From contig JBGGMM010000234.1 in NCBI GenBank assembly GCA_041288045.1, positions 1-35,224 of the forward strand: a stretch of DNA of 35,224 nucleotides, given 5' to 3'. The translations under genes were made by a program, and so were the position numbers. Positions 8,943-17,424 of the stretch are shown here, piece after piece. The stretch comes from Pseudobdellovibrionaceae bacterium. Lineage in GTDB: Bacteria; Bdellovibrionota; Bdellovibrionia; Bdellovibrionales; Bdellovibrionaceae. The notes below the pieces were generated by a model, which did no database searches, was not told the DNA's origin, and saw nothing but the letters and a program-made list of their open reading frames with translations. Each line of letters opens with the position of its first letter. Position 1 is the first letter of the stretch.

Positions 8943-9956
8943 TTATAAAAAGAAGCGGGGATCTCCATCGACAATGATTGGAGCGCCGTCACCATCATCG
9001 CCACCCATAGAGCCATCTGTTGTATCGTCACCAGTATCGACACTAGTGTCGCCGCCAGTGTCACCGCCAGTATCACCGCCAGTGTCACCACCAGTGTCAC
9101 CACCAATATCACCGCCAGTGTCACCACCAGTGTCACCACCAGTATCACCGCCAGTGTCACCACCAGTATCACCGCCAGTATCACCGCCAGTATCGCCACC
9201 AGTATCGCCACCAGTATCGCCACCAGTATCGCCACCAGTATCGCCACCAGTATCGCCACCAGTATCGCCACCAGTATCGCCACCAGTATCACCGCCAGTA
9301 TCGCCGCCAGTATCACCACCAGTGTCACCACCGCCGTCATCCGTAGTTGGGACCTCGAGCAGTGTCTTGACCTTCAAAACTGGTTTCAGAAGGCAGTTCT
9401 TTTTGTTGTCGACGATGGAGTGGTCGACGTCGAAATCGACGATCAGAGAGTATTGCATTCCGCTTTTGATTTCGACTCCGCCGGCTGGCAACTTGAGCTT
9501 CAAGCCTGTTTGTTGTTGGCTTGGAGTTTTCATGTCGCACATGGATCCGTCGGCACGGCGAACGAGCCAGTGGCCTTCATCCTTTAAAATCAGGCGGAAT
9601 TCTTTCACAATCACAGACTCTGCCAATGCCAAGTCTTCAATTGGAAGGTGAACTCCATCTCGCAATTTCAGCAGATCAATAGTCCCCATGTTCTGTCCCA
9701 GAATGAGACGGCCCACGTCGTTGTTTCGTTTCAGCACCAATTCGACATGGTCGATGGTGACAAAGACATGACTGAGGTCCTTGTGAGGAGCATCAGTCAA
9801 GCTGAGGCGGAAGTTGCCCTTTTCAGGCATGGAAACCGATTCTTGCACGGTTGCCAGTTCCGATCCGGCATCCACTCCGGCTTTTGAGCAGCCCGTATTC
9901 CCTAAGCCGACCAGTGCGAATACCAACATCATAAAGAGTAGCACTGTGTTATTCAT
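8943..9956 (-). CDS. DUF4382-domain lipoprotein with a C-terminal (GGDT)n tail
   Basis: AAGGAGG RBS before ATG 9956; lipobox-like GNTG-C; LSLTDAP, IDLLKL, TPSQQQTGLKL, VDFDVDHSIV and LKPVLK motifs. Confidence 0.85.
   Translation of the reverse strand: MNNTVLLFMMLVFALVGLGNTGCSKAGVDAGSELATVQESVSMPEKGNFRLSLTDAPHKDLSHVFVTIDHVELVLKRNNDVGRLILGQNMGTIDLLKLRDGVHLPIEDLALAESVIVKEFRLILKDEGHWLVRRADGSMCDMKTPSQQQTGLKLKLPAGGVEIKSGMQYSLIVDFDVDHSIVDNKKNCLLKPVLKVKTLLEVPTTDDGGGDTGGDTGGDTGGDTGGDTGGDTGGDTGGDTGGDTGGDTGGDTGGDTGGDTGGDTGGDTGGDTGGDTGGDTGGDIGGDTGGDTGGDTGGDTGGDTSVDTGDDTTDGSMGGDDGDGAPIIVDGDPRFFL
9045..9332. repeat. Coding tandem repeat, 24 x 12 bp (AGTRTCRCCRCC), encoding GGDT
   Basis: 288 bp in a 12-bp period; central copies identical (AGTATCGCCACC), outer copies variable; one GGDI unit. 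Confidence 0.95.
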
Positions 9957-10114
9957 AGGTCCTCCTTGCACTTTCTGAGTTCATGGTAGACCCCTTTTTT
10001 ATAAAACACGAATTTTCGAAATGCGGGACAGTCATTCCTGGAATGATTTAAAAACTGTCAAAAAATGTTCTAAAAAAATGACGAGTTTTTAGACGAAAAA
10101 AGCCACATTTCCCC

Positions 10115-11017
10115 CTACGTAAAAGAGGGTTTTAATCGAGATGGAGGCTCAGCCGAAAGCGCATCGGCGGAGCCTTCCCGAGCTGCCAAAAGGCGGGTGA
10201 TTTCAGCGCCAGTAAAGACAATGACCGACGAGTAATAAACCCAGACCAAAAGAACCACCAAAGATCCGGCCGCTCCATAGGCCGAGCCCACCGCACTTTT
10301 CCCTAAATAAAGTCCTATGAGTGTCTTACCAATGACGAAAAGAAGGGCTGTGGCCAGGCCTCCTTTCCAAGCATGCCTCCAGGAAAGCTTGATGTCGGGC
10401 AGGTATTTGTGAAGCAAAGTGAAAACACCGCTGAAAAGCAAAAAGGACAAAACGATATTGAGAATTTTCCAGGCCTCACCCTCTTGATGAAAAATCACTG
10501 AAATGGCGGCGCTGGCAACCAGGGAAACCAAAGCCAAAAATCCCAAAGTGATGACAAGTCCCATGGACAAGAGCCGTTTTCGAATCCAACCCCAAAGGCC
10601 TTTGCTGCCTTTCCCAGTGGCTGCCCAAATGGCATTCAAAGAAGCCTGCAATTGAGCGAAGACCCCGCTTGCTGAAAAAAGCAGAGCTACGACCCCAAGC
10701 CAGCCCGCCAGATTTCCCAGCGAAGGACGATCGTCAGCACTTTCCACAATCGCTTTGATGGCGCTGGCTGCTTGCGACCCCATCAGTCCTTCGATTTGTT
10801 GAATCAGTTGCGCCTGCGAAGATTCACCCATAATCCCAACCACAGCCAAAGTGATAATGAGCAGAGGCGCCAAAGAAAGAGCAGTGTAAAAAGCCAAAGC
10901 TGCTGCGAGAGTCATCAGATCATGGCCAGAAAAAGCCTTCAAAAGTTCTTTAAAAAAAGCTTTCCAACCGGACCAAGAGCGAAATGAAATTTGAGAAAGA
11001 AGTGAGGTGTCCTGCAT
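10115..11017 (-). CDS. yihY: YihY / virulence factor BrkB family membrane protein
   Basis: LAAALAFYTALSLAPLL, ASGVFAQLQASLNAIW, YGAAGSLVVLLVWVYYSS; start 11017 with GAAAGGA RBS. Confidence 0.9.
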   Translation of the reverse strand: MQDTSLLSQISFRSWSGWKAFFKELLKAFSGHDLMTLAAALAFYTALSLAPLLIITLAVVGIMGESSQAQLIQQIEGLMGSQAASAIKAIVESADDRPSLGNLAGWLGVVALLFSASGVFAQLQASLNAIWAATGKGSKGLWGWIRKRLLSMGLVITLGFLALVSLVASAAISVIFHQEGEAWKILNIVLSFLLFSGVFTLLHKYLPDIKLSWRHAWKGGLATALLFVIGKTLIGLYLGKSAVGSAYGAAGSLVVLLVWVYYSSVIVFTGAEITRLLAAREGSADALSAEPPSRLKPSFT

Positions 11018-11147
11018 AGAAAATCCTTTCATCATGAATGAAAAGAACACTCGCAAATCACATACCAAAAAAGAAATCAGTTTAAACCAGTCAAGACCTA
11101 GGTGATGTCCCAAACTGCCTCAGCAAAAAAACGAAAAAGGAGTCAGC

Positions 11148-12131
11148 CTAAAAGTCTTCGAACTGAAAAGAAAGCGAGCTCGTGCAAATGCTTTCCCCTG
11201 GTTTGGAGCTCTGGGATTTTTGCAGAGTGGAGGAAAAGCGAGGATCCTGTGGGGCCTGTTCAGAAGCTCTTTGAAAGGACTCTAAGGCGGCCTGTTGGTT
11301 TCCGGATTTCCAAGCAATGCAACCGGCGTGATAGAGACCAATTGGAGAATTGGGTTGAGAAGCTAAAAATTCCTGAACCCGAGCCGCATAGGCCTCCGGG
11401 TTGGATTGCGCCAATTGCACCCATTCCATTTCAAAGAGTTGCCAGTCCTCTGGATCCCGGGCTCGGGCTTCGCGAAGTGCATTTTGAAATGCCAGCTGCT
11501 TTTCCGCATCGAGATCCGGTTCGGCCAAATAGCTCACCACTTCAATGCGATAAGGAGCTGCCGAAGCGGGGAGTCTTTTTTTCAATTCTTCGGAAAGGCT
11601 GCGGAGTTCCTCGGCTCCGCCAGCTTCATTGGCGGCTCCCGAAAAAAGCATTCCATAAAATCGCTGGATCAGGAGGTCCGTGGAAAGTTCCTGAAGACTT
11701 TGTCCCTGAGTCCACAGCTGAATGCGCCTGGTTCGGTATTGAAACAGAGCCGTCTCGCAATCAGCGAATGATTGGGCCAATGAATCCGGACTGCATTTTT
11801 GCTGAAGATTTGTGAACATTTTCGCCGAAAGCGGATCCTGCTCGCAATTTGCCGGAAGGCTCATGCGGCCCTCACGCAGATCAAATAAAAGGCTTTCCAA
11901 TGGCAAAGTCTCCACTTGCTCAAAGAAACTGGAACAATTCGCAAAGCGCTGGGTGGGGAGAGTGGCCGCAACATTCGTGGGTCGACCCGAATAAAGCCGA
12001 GCCTGGCGATAGATTTTCTGATCCTCTTTCAAAGATTGCAGAGCTCGCCGGTTTTGAACCACCATAAAAACCACAGAAGCTAAAGCCACCATTAACAATA
12101 ACAAAAGCTGTCTCTGTGTCCGGGAATTCAT
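11148..12131 (-). CDS. Membrane-anchored TPR-repeat protein
   Basis: N-terminal TM; TPR-like C-terminus GLYHAGCIAWKSGNQQAALESFQRASEQAPQDP. Confidence 0.7.
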   Translation of the reverse strand: MNSRTQRQLLLLLMVALASVVFMVVQNRRALQSLKEDQKIYRQARLYSGRPTNVAATLPTQRFANCSSFFEQVETLPLESLLFDLREGRMSLPANCEQDPLSAKMFTNLQQKCSPDSLAQSFADCETALFQYRTRRIQLWTQGQSLQELSTDLLIQRFYGMLFSGAANEAGGAEELRSLSEELKKRLPASAAPYRIEVVSYLAEPDLDAEKQLAFQNALREARARDPEDWQLFEMEWVQLAQSNPEAYAARVQEFLASQPNSPIGLYHAGCIAWKSGNQQAALESFQRASEQAPQDPRFSSTLQKSQSSKPGESICTSSLSFQFEDF

Positions 12132-12310
12132 TCAAGCACCTCAAAAATCAAATCCATCAAAATCCTCTTGCCCAGACGAAGTCAAGACCCAAAGGCAAGG
12201 GCGTGCCCGAAGAAGTTTTTTCCAATCGATGATAAAGATCTTGAAATTCCCACCAGCCGGTGCCAATTTGCCACAGTTCAAAATTCAGCTCAAAAATCAG
12301 GAGTCAAAAA

Positions 12311-12709
12311 ATGATGCAAAAAATCTTTTCAGTGATTGCCATTCAGCTTCCGCTTTCAGCAATGGCTTTGCCTTGCGAAACATTTCCAATGAACTTAAAA
12401 CCCGATTCTGCTTCGATTGATTCTTGCGCCCAGCTGGGCTTTGTCGGCGCAGCCCACTTGGAAACCTGTGAAGCAAAATCGGCTCTTTTAAAGTCACCTC
12501 GCGGTGAAGAATTCACACTGACGACTGACGACAGCTCTCTGTGGAGCCACCAATCCGTCGATGTCGACAGCGAAACTCATGCAACGGCTTTAACGTCAGT
12601 CACTGTCAACACGGCAAAAAAGAGCTTTCAAGCTAGCTTTGTCATGACCGACAGCTATGGTCATCCGCGCAGCAAAATCACCTGCGGCGGCCAAATTTCC
12701 CCGCTTTAA
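12311..12709 (+). CDS. Secreted hypothetical protein
   Basis: AGGAG RBS before ATG 12311; signal peptide ..LSAMA; four Cys. Confidence 0.65.
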   Translation: MMQKIFSVIAIQLPLSAMALPCETFPMNLKPDSASIDSCAQLGFVGAAHLETCEAKSALLKSPRGEEFTLTTDDSSLWSHQSVDVDSETHATALTSVTVNTAKKSFQASFVMTDSYGHPRSKITCGGQISPL

Positions 12710-12740
12710 GAATTTGCCATTCGGCAGAGGTCTTTGACTT

Positions 12741-12776
12741 TCCCATCTGAGCTCTCAAATTGAAACTCAGATGGGA
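12741..12776. promoter_or_regulatory. Inverted repeat overlapping the RBS of the next gene
   Basis: TCCCATCTGAG (12741-12751) / CTCAGATGGGA (12766-12776), perfect 11-bp arms. Confidence 0.55.
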
Positions 12777-12783
12777 GATTCTC

Positions 12784-13095
12784 ATGAAACTTCTTTATGT
12801 CGACGAACCCAAATCCAATCGAGAAGCTGTTCAATTTTTTCTGGACGAAGCCAGTCATTGCAATGAATACGACTATGGCGACGCCATGAGAGAGTGGAAC
12901 AGAGAGCTTTTGTATTTACGAAGCCATCTGAAAGATTCCAGTCCTTGGGTTTTTCAAAAGCTTCAGCAAATGCAGAACTACATCCAGTTTGCTCCTAATT
13001 GGGATGTGGACTCAACCAGAGTTCGAATCATTCAAGATGCCAACGAACTCAAAGAGCATTTTATTTTATCTGAGATGGCTGGCCGAGCTGCTTAA
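12784..13095 (+). CDS. Hypothetical helical protein
   Basis: GGGAG RBS then ATG 12784; 103 aa; 3' end overlaps the convergent ROK gene. Confidence 0.65.
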   Translation: MKLLYVDEPKSNREAVQFFLDEASHCNEYDYGDAMREWNRELLYLRSHLKDSSPWVFQKLQQMQNYIQFAPNWDVDSTRVRIIQDANELKEHFILSEMAGRAA

Positions 13096-13987
13096 AGGCC
13101 AGCTTGGCAGCTCCCAAAAGACCTGCGTTGTTCAATTGAGAAACTGAAATTTTTGGCATCCAATCACTGGGCCTTTTTTCTAAAAAGCGATCCAGATGAG
13201 AAAAAGTCCGCGGTAAAAAATAAGCCGAGCTCTGTGCAAAGCTCCCGCCCAGCACGACGGCATAGGGATAAGAGAGCATCATGTAATTAAAAATAAACTG
13301 CGCCAGCCTCAAGCTGTAATTCTCAAACAGTTCCATTGCCAAGGGGTCTTGAGTTTTTGCTTTTTCTATCAGCGTTTCCGGAGTCAGACCCGGATCCTGA
13401 AAACGCAATCGAGCGCGGCGGAGAAAATGCGAACCTGCCAGATAAGCTTCGGCACAGCCAAAATTTCCGCAAGCACAAAGGGCGGAATCATCTCCCAATT
13501 GAAGCAGCAAATGTCCACCTTCAGGGTGAAAGCCACGACCTCCGCGAGAAAGCTCATGATCCACCATCAGACCGACGCCAAGCCCGGTTCCCAAAGTGAT
13601 CATCAAAAGAGAGGACGAATTTTTAAATTCTCCTAGCCAATGTTCGCCAATCACAGCCGCAGCAGCATCATTTTCCAATTGCACAGGAATGCCGAACTCT
13701 GTCTGCAGTTCGCGAGTGAGGTCCACTTCGCCCCAGGCCATCATGTTGGTTGGAAACAGAAGCCGGCCACTGGCAGCATGCAAAGGGCCAGCTGAAGAAA
13801 TGCCGCAGGCTTTGATTTCTGGATGTTCAGCGAGAATGCCTTTTCCCAGTTCGACCAAGGCCTGACGCGCTTCTGGCCAGCTCTGGATGGGAGTGGCAAT
13901 TTTCTTTTCGCTGAAAAACTGTCCTTGCTCGCCAATGACGGCAGCTGCGATTTTGGTTCCACCAATATCAAAACTGAGGACTTTCAT
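13061..13987 (-). CDS. ROK family sugar kinase, probably glucokinase
   Basis: DIGGTK, LENDA, LGTGLG, EGGH and Zn motif CACGNFGCAE; no N-terminal HTH. Confidence 0.9.
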   Translation of the reverse strand: MKVLSFDIGGTKIAAAVIGEQGQFFSEKKIATPIQSWPEARQALVELGKGILAEHPEIKACGISSAGPLHAASGRLLFPTNMMAWGEVDLTRELQTEFGIPVQLENDAAAAVIGEHWLGEFKNSSSLLMITLGTGLGVGLMVDHELSRGGRGFHPEGGHLLLQLGDDSALCACGNFGCAEAYLAGSHFLRRARLRFQDPGLTPETLIEKAKTQDPLAMELFENYSLRLAQFIFNYMMLSYPYAVVLGGSFAQSSAYFLPRTFSHLDRFLEKRPSDWMPKISVSQLNNAGLLGAAKLAFKQLGQPSQIK

Positions 13988-14385
13988 AGTTGCTCTTTCT
14001 GATTCAGAAGATGATCCATTTTTCGCATGGATTCAAGGTTGATTTCCTTGAAAAGCGTACGAATGCTGGGGGTCAGACTTTCCATTTGCTTGGCCCCCTC
14101 GCGAGTCAGCCAAAGGTTTTTACGCCGCGAATCCCGGGGATCATCGGAAACTTTCAAAAGTCCTTTTCGCTTCAAGCGTTTCAAGGCCGGAGTGAGTGAG
14201 CTTGGATGAACTGAGAGGGCATCGGATAAATGCAAAGCCGAACAGCCGGGAAGATTTCTAAGGTGCGAAAGGACCAGCCACTGCGCCAGGCTGAGGTCAT
14301 ATTTTTTCTCAAATCGAAAATTCAGCTCTTGGACCGTGCGAGCGATGGAAATCAAATGCGAGACGGCAAGAAATTCTTCACCCAT
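13984..14385 (-). CDS. MarR family transcriptional regulator
   Basis: LSLAQWLVL, SSLTPALKRLKRKGLL and wing DPRDSRRKNLWLTREG; overlaps both neighbours. Confidence 0.9.
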   Translation of the reverse strand: MGEEFLAVSHLISIARTVQELNFRFEKKYDLSLAQWLVLSHLRNLPGCSALHLSDALSVHPSSLTPALKRLKRKGLLKVSDDPRDSRRKNLWLTREGAKQMESLTPSIRTLFKEINLESMRKMDHLLNQKEQL

Positions 14386-15151
14386 GTGGCTCCGAGTCCG
14401 GAGCTTGGAGCTCGATTAATTTTTGCAGCACATGATTGATTTCGGATTGATCCTGCAAATAATAGGGGGCTTGAGTGCTTTTTTTCTTTCCCACGTGCAC
14501 TCCAAGAATGCGGTTGTCATTGAGACAAAAAACATCTTCATCGGTTTCATCATCCCCAATGTAAAGGGCTTTCGCCACTTGCGTTTCCATCAGCAGCTGA
14601 CAAAGAGCCATGCCCTTGTGGGGCGCACCTTGTGGAACTAAATTTAAAACCTCTTTGCCATGGATCACTCGCGGAGCTTCCGGAAGAGTCTGGACAAAAT
14701 CGGTCAAGGCTTTTTTTGTCTGCTTTTTTTTCCGAGAGCGCCGGTAATGCAGAGTCAAAGAGTAGGTTTTATCTTCAAGGTCCACTGCTGGAAAATGAGC
14801 TTCAAGAGCCGGGAGGAGTATTTCTCTCCATTGATCGGTGATTTTTTCGGCTCTTTTCAAAGAGGAAGTTTGAGGGTGATTGCTTTCAAGCCCATGATTG
14901 CCAATCAAAAGACGAATCTCCTTGGGCACTCTTTTTTTAAGGTCCTCAACGCCTCGACCTGAGACCACGGCAACCGGCGCTTTTTTTGCCAGCTCAACCA
15001 AAAGTTTGGTGGTTCGCTGATTCATAAAGGCTTGATGAGGATTGGGAACGATTTTCGCCAATGTGCCATCATAGTCAAAAGCGTAGAGAACTTTTGTGAA
15101 TGTGAAAGCCTCCAGCAGCAGCAGATTTTTTTCGCTCAAAAAATATTTCAT
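14378..15151 (-). CDS. otsB: Trehalose-6-phosphate phosphatase
   Basis: HAD motifs FDYDGTL, VVSGR, GNHGLE, LHYR, HKG and IGDDETDED; start 15151 overlaps the otsA stop (ATGA). Confidence 0.93.
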   Translation of the reverse strand: MKYFLSEKNLLLLEAFTFTKVLYAFDYDGTLAKIVPNPHQAFMNQRTTKLLVELAKKAPVAVVSGRGVEDLKKRVPKEIRLLIGNHGLESNHPQTSSLKRAEKITDQWREILLPALEAHFPAVDLEDKTYSLTLHYRRSRKKKQTKKALTDFVQTLPEAPRVIHGKEVLNLVPQGAPHKGMALCQLLMETQVAKALYIGDDETDEDVFCLNDNRILGVHVGKKKSTQAPYYLQDQSEINHVLQKLIELQAPDSEPHG

Positions 15152-17373
15152 GTGTTTAAAACGGGATTGGCAAAGCGCCCCCGTTTTCTCAATCTTGCCG
15201 CGTCGATGAGCATTCGTCCAGCCCAACGAAAGACATTGTACTCTTGAATGAAAGCTCGCATGCTTCGCATGCGGGCCCTTTGATCTTGGGGATCCATTTC
15301 AATGGCGAGCTTCACTGCCGCAGCTCCCTGATCGATATTGTAAGGATTGATCACCAGGGCCTCAGGCAATTCGCGCGCCGCTCCGGTGAACTGGCTGAGA
15401 ATCAGGACTCCCATTTCATCATCACGAGAAGCAACAAATTCTTTCGCCACTAGGTTCATTCCATCATGCAGGCTGCTGACAAAACAAAAATCAGCAGCCC
15501 GGAAATAGCGAATCACATCGGAAGGGTCGTGATGCTTCAAGCGCAGCACCAAAGGTTTGTAATCGCCTTGACCGAATCTCTGATTGATTCTTTCGGCTTC
15601 AACTCGGCAGTGTTCCTCAAAATTTCTATACTCGGCGAGGGAGGAGCGGGTCGGGGCGCCGATTTGAATAAACACGAGTCGTCCGCGCAAAGAGGGTTCC
15701 AGCTCTAGCAATCTTTCGATGGCATAAAATCTTTCTAAGATTCCCTTTGTGTAATCCAAGCGGTCAACGCCGACACCCAGAAAGCATTCAGGCGCAATGT
15801 GATTTTCTTCGAGAACTTTTTGGCGACACAGGGGAACTGGATCTTGCTCGTCGAGATTTTTCAATGGCCATTCAATTGAAATTGGATAATTGCGAATGGC
15901 CGTTCGCTGTTCGCCATGAAAAATAATGGAAGAGTCCCTTTCGATTCGACTTTCTAAAAACCGATCCACAGCTTCAATAAAGTTATTGCAGTGAGCTCGA
16001 GTGTGAAATCCGAGGATGTCGCTGCCTAACAGACCTTCAAGGATCCGCTCTCGCCAAGGGCAGATGCCGAAGGTTTCAGCGTTTGGCCAGGGGATGTGCC
16101 AAAAAGTGATCACTGTGGCCTCAGGCAAGCGTTTCTTGATCATTGTTGGGAGCATGGCAAAGTGATAGTCTTGCACTAAGATCACTGGATCTTTGCTCTT
16201 TGCTTCTTCAGCCACTGCATCAGCGAATTTTTCATTCACTGCTAAGTATTGGTACCAATCATCACTGCGAAAAATGGGTCGAGTGTGAGCAATATGACAA
16301 AGTGGCCACAGACCTTCGTTGGCAAAACCGTAATAATACCCTTTTTCTTGTTCGGGACTGAGCCACACTCGCTTGAGACTGTAAGATGGTTTTTTCGGTG
16401 GCACTGGCACCTTGCTGTGAGCATCCACCACCATTCGATCTCCGGTGCCACTGCCATGAGCAATCCAAGTGCCGCTGCAGGCTCGCATGATCGGCTCGAG
16501 TGCCGTCACAAGTCCGCTGGCAGGGGACTGAATTTCAATTTTATTGTCCTGATAGACATGAATGTAGGGCTCACGGTTTGACACAATAAGGACTTCTTCC
16601 CCAGCCATATCCTGCTTGAGAACTTCGCGCAGAGTTTGCGCGGTCCAGGAGATTTGCGATTCGTCTTGAAATCCTTTTTCAGCTTCGATTTCTCGCACGA
16701 ATCGGCGGAGGTCTTTTGCCACAGGCAAAAGCTCAGGCGCGAGAGATTTGACACTGCTCTTGGAAAGCCGGTCCACTTTTAAAATGGATTTCAATCCCCG
16801 AATCCAACCCATCAAGCTGAGCTTGGCAATGACCACGGTTAAAAACGACACAACAAGGGTCAAAATGACAAAGAAGACAAACAAATAGCGCTTCGTGTCT
16901 GTGCTTCTTGTTTGCACAAAGCTGAGATCATGAACGAGCACCAACTGAGATTCAAGATCGGGGAGCGGTTGATAAGAAATATGCAGCGGCCCACCGGGAA
17001 GCTGCAAAATTTTTGATCCCGATTGCTTCGGATCCCGGGTGCAGGTCACTTCTTTCGGAAATTGTTGGGATTGCGCAAGGATTTGGGCCTGCGAATTGCA
17101 ATAAGCCACAGCAAATAAACGCTCATCTTGAGTGGTCGAAGCGAAAATCGATTCAATTTTCGCAAGGCGCTGTTTGCGGTTGCTGAGACCCTGCGCCGCC
17201 GCAAGGGAATCCGAGAGAGTGTTAGCGACAAGTGCGGCGCGAATGTCGATGTCGCGCGCAAACCATTGATAGGTCAGCTTATCGACAAGCGGAATGGTGA
17301 CGTAGGCGATGAGTCCGAGAACGAAGAAGAGGGGTAAAATGAATCGCAGTGATAAACTCATAATTTGTGACAT
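15148..17373 (-). CDS. otsA: Trehalose-6-phosphate synthase (GT20) with an N-terminal TM-extracytoplasmic-TM extension
   Basis: [51 protein letters not shown] and [10 protein letters not shown]; about 250 extra N-terminal residues with two hydrophobic helices. Confidence 0.92.
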   Translation of the reverse strand: MSQIMSLSLRFILPLFFVLGLIAYVTIPLVDKLTYQWFARDIDIRAALVANTLSDSLAAAQGLSNRKQRLAKIESIFASTTQDERLFAVAYCNSQAQILAQSQQFPKEVTCTRDPKQSGSKILQLPGGPLHISYQPLPDLESQLVLVHDLSFVQTRSTDTKRYLFVFFVILTLVVSFLTVVIAKLSLMGWIRGLKSILKVDRLSKSSVKSLAPELLPVAKDLRRFVREIEAEKGFQDESQISWTAQTLREVLKQDMAGEEVLIVSNREPYIHVYQDNKIEIQSPASGLVTALEPIMRACSGTWIAHGSGTGDRMVVDAHSKVPVPPKKPSYSLKRVWLSPEQEKGYYYGFANEGLWPLCHIAHTRPIFRSDDWYQYLAVNEKFADAVAEEAKSKDPVILVQDYHFAMLPTMIKKRLPEATVITFWHIPWPNAETFGICPWRERILEGLLGSDILGFHTRAHCNNFIEAVDRFLESRIERDSSIIFHGEQRTAIRNYPISIEWPLKNLDEQDPVPLCRQKVLEENHIAPECFLGVGVDRLDYTKGILERFYAIERLLELEPSLRGRLVFIQIGAPTRSSLAEYRNFEEHCRVEAERINQRFGQGDYKPLVLRLKHHDPSDVIRYFRAADFCFVSSLHDGMNLVAKEFVASRDDEMGVLILSQFTGAARELPEALVINPYNIDQGAAAVKLAIEMDPQDQRARMRSMRAFIQEYNVFRWAGRMLIDAARLRKRGRFANPVLNT

Positions 17374-17374
17374 A

Positions 17375-17410
17375 ATCCGAATTTAGTTTGATATCAAACT
17401 AAATTCGGAT
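17375..17410. promoter_or_regulatory. Perfect 36-bp palindrome in the divergent otsA/GH15 intergenic region; candidate operator
   Basis: ATCCGAATTTAGTTTGAT|ATCAAACTAAATTCGGAT is its own reverse complement. Confidence 0.75.
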
Positions 17411-17424
17411 AGATTGAATCTCCT

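Noticed and set aside
9045..9332. Possible CRISPR array
   Set aside because: Contiguous 12-bp units without spacers, inside a CDS; no cas genes in the window.
8927..9651. ORFs 8974..9651 (+, PPVS repeats) and 8927..9340 (-, VAIL repeats)
   Set aside because: Shadow frames of the stop-free 12-bp repeat; the GGDT frame has the RBS, lipobox and DUF4382 motifs.
11102..11815. Long antisense ORFs (11102..11815, 21643..22386, 25834..26499, 32375..33034 and similar)
   Set aside because: They lie opposite better-supported genes and show no motifs of their own.
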